A DNA stretch of 17,900 nucleotides from Opitutus sp. GAS368 (lineage in GTDB: Bacteria; Verrucomicrobiota; Verrucomicrobiia; Opitutales; Opitutaceae). The stretch spans positions 1-17,900 of the forward strand of contig CAMAVZ010000031.1 of the NCBI GenBank assembly GCA_945861645.1, read 5' to 3'. Below are positions 16,207 to 17,900 of this stretch, one piece after another (within the stretch, counting starts at the first letter, position 1; each line of letters begins with the position of its first letter). Position numbers and translations under genes: made by a program. Below the pieces are notes generated by a model that did not search any database, was not told the origin of the DNA, and worked only from the letters and a program-made list of their open reading frames with translations.

Positions 16207-17900
16207 GAAGCAGGAAGATTTTGCAGGAAAATAATGACTTCTTTCAACCTTGCAAGGGGGGTGGGTGCGGTCAAGCGGGGAAAGCGGTTACTCCATTGGA
16301 TATAATCATCGTGTCGGCCGGTGTGGCGCAGGCATTTGAGGCGATGGCCTTCAGTTTCGACGGATAAAATACCTTTTTGTTCCGCGCGGGACCTGATTTC
16401 TGTGACGAGCAACAAGGCGCGAACGGGTTCCTCAAATTTCCCAAACCGATCGCGCAATTCTGCTTCGATTTCCTTAACCTGTTTGGGGCTCTCCGCGAGG
16501 GCTAGCCGGCGATAAAAATCGATGCGAAGGCGGGATTCACTGATATAGCTCGCGGGCAAACGCGCCTGAATTTTATCAACTTCGCCTTCGCTCCGTTCCG
16601 CTTGTTTGAGCGCACTAAAGGCATCGGTCGCCGTGGCCCGGGCGGTCTCGGCGCTTTCGCCCACAAAAACAAAATCTAGTTTCACGCTGGCGCGGACCAA
16701 CGCGGCTTGTTTTTCGCCTTTAAGTCGGGCGACACTTTGCCGAAGCAGTTGGCAGTACAGTTCAAAGCCTATGCCGACGATGTGCCCGCTTTGTTCCGCC
16801 CCGAGCAAATTTCCCGCGCCGCGCAATTCGAGATCACGCATCGCGATGCGGAAACCAGCGCCGAGTTGGTTGTGCTGGCGAATGGCGCTGAGTCGCTGCC
16901 GGGCTATATCGAGTAAGCGCGCGTGGCGGTGCAGCAGCAAATAGGCATAGGCTTGATGCTTAAACCGACCGACGCGCCCCCGGAGTTGGTAAAGCTGGGA
17001 GAGGCCAAAGCGATCGGCGCCTTCAATAATGAGGGTGTTGCAGTTGGGAATATCTAAACCGGATTCAATAATCGTGGTGCAGACGAGGACTTGATAGCGG
17101 CCCGCGACAAAATCTGTCATCATGCGCTCCAGACCGGCCGCTCCCATTTTCCCATGACCGACGCCGATGCTCAGGTCGGGCAGCAGCGCACGTAGCCGCG
17201 CCGCGACGAGGTCAATGCTCATGACGCGATTGTGCAGGTAGAAAACCTGACCGCCGCGTCTCGTTTCGTGCTGAATTGCTTCGACGACGAGCTTCTCGTC
17301 GTAGCTTTTCACGATTGTTTGGATGGGCAGTCGATTAGACGGCGCGGTCTCGATCGTGCTCAAGTCGCGCGCGCCGGTCAGCGCAAGATAAAGGGTGCGC
17401 GGAATCGGCGTCGCGCTCATCGAGAGCATGTCCACATGCGCCCGCCAGCGCTTGAACACTTCTTTGTGTTTCACCCCAAACCGCTGTTCTTCGTCGATGA
17501 TCACCAAGCCGAGATCTTTAAATTTAACGTCATTTTGCACCAAGCGATGCGTGCCGATTAAAATATCAATTTTTCCTGCTGCGAGCGCGGCCAGAATGCC
17601 CACTTGTTCTTGGCGCGTACGGAAACGACTAATCATTTCCACGGCCACGGGATAACCGGCCATGCGTTCGCGAAAAGTATTCAGATGCTGCTGAGCCAGC
17701 ACGGTGGTCGGTACCATCACGGCGACTTGCCGCCCCCCCATCACAGCTTTGAAGGCGCCGCGAATCGCTACTTCTGTTTTACCAAAACCGACGTCGCCGC
17801 AAACCAAACGGTCCATCGGTCGCGTTTGCTCCATGTCGGCTTTCATGGCGACAATCGCCTTCGCTTGATCGCGCGTTTCCGTGAACGGGAAGGCGGCTTC
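16203..17900 (-). CDS. mfd: Transcription-repair coupling factor, C-terminal part; 5' end outside the window
   Basis: Frame is open to the window edge ([19 protein letters not shown]...). Motifs [63 protein letters not shown] and C-terminal TRCF domain (RIDFYRRLA...ELRDRFG). Confidence 0.97.
   Translation of the reverse strand, partial: EAAFPFTETRDQAKAIVAMKADMEQTRPMDRLVCGDVGFGKTEVAIRGAFKAVMGGRQVAVMVPTTVLAQQHLNTFRERMAGYPVAVEMISRFRTRQEQVGILAALAAGKIDILIGTHRLVQNDVKFKDLGLVIIDEEQRFGVKHKEVFKRWRAHVDMLSMSATPIPRTLYLALTGARDLSTIETAPSNRLPIQTIVKSYDEKLVVEAIQHETRRGGQVFYLHNRVMSIDLVAARLRALLPDLSIGVGHGKMGAAGLERMMTDFVAGRYQVLVCTTIIESGLDIPNCNTLIIEGADRFGLSQLYQLRGRVGRFKHQAYAYLLLHRHARLLDIARQRLSAIRQHNQLGAGFRIAMRDLELRGAGNLLGAEQSGHIVGIGFELYCQLLRQSVARLKGEKQAALVRASVKLDFVFVGESAETARATATDAFSALKQAERSEGEVDKIQARLPASYISESRLRIDFYRRLALAESPKQVKEIEAELRDRFGKFEEPVRALLLVTEIRSRAEQKGILSVETEGHRLKCLRHTGRHDDYIQWSNRFPRLTAPTPLARLKEVIIFLQNLPAS

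Noticed and set aside
1..17900. CRISPR array, IS element, prophage, toxin-antitoxin or retron-like system
   Set aside because: No regularly spaced repeats, and no transposase, integrase or reverse transcriptase motifs. All long ORFs are accounted for by known families and intergenic gaps are 200 nt or less.

Overview
Gene-dense bacterial chromosomal window that reads as core/housekeeping DNA. Protein styles and the absence of Shine-Dalgarno motifs suggest Verrucomicrobia/Opitutales (an impression, not a database result). Left part: exported hydrolases and nucleotide-pool enzymes (partial S9 peptidase missing from the ORF track, dGTPase-like HD enzyme, HD-domain phosphohydrolase, SGNH/GDSL hydrolase, prolyl oligopeptidase, SYLF/Ysc84-like protein, Old Yellow Enzyme). 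Middle: serA-plsY-lysC-thrC converging on cardiolipin synthase. Right: a solitary tRNA-Tyr(GTA) facing an mfd(partial)-SurA-like PPIase-radC unit. I see no integrase, transposase, CRISPR array or recognisable multi-gene novel system. Best leads: (1) a TTG(C/G)NN -35-like box 34-38 nt upstream of seven start codons without SD, suggesting widespread leaderless or near-leaderless expression; (2) a densely structured ~135 nt intergenic element at 5562-5698; (3) a probable nested in-frame aspartokinase beta-subunit start in lysC.
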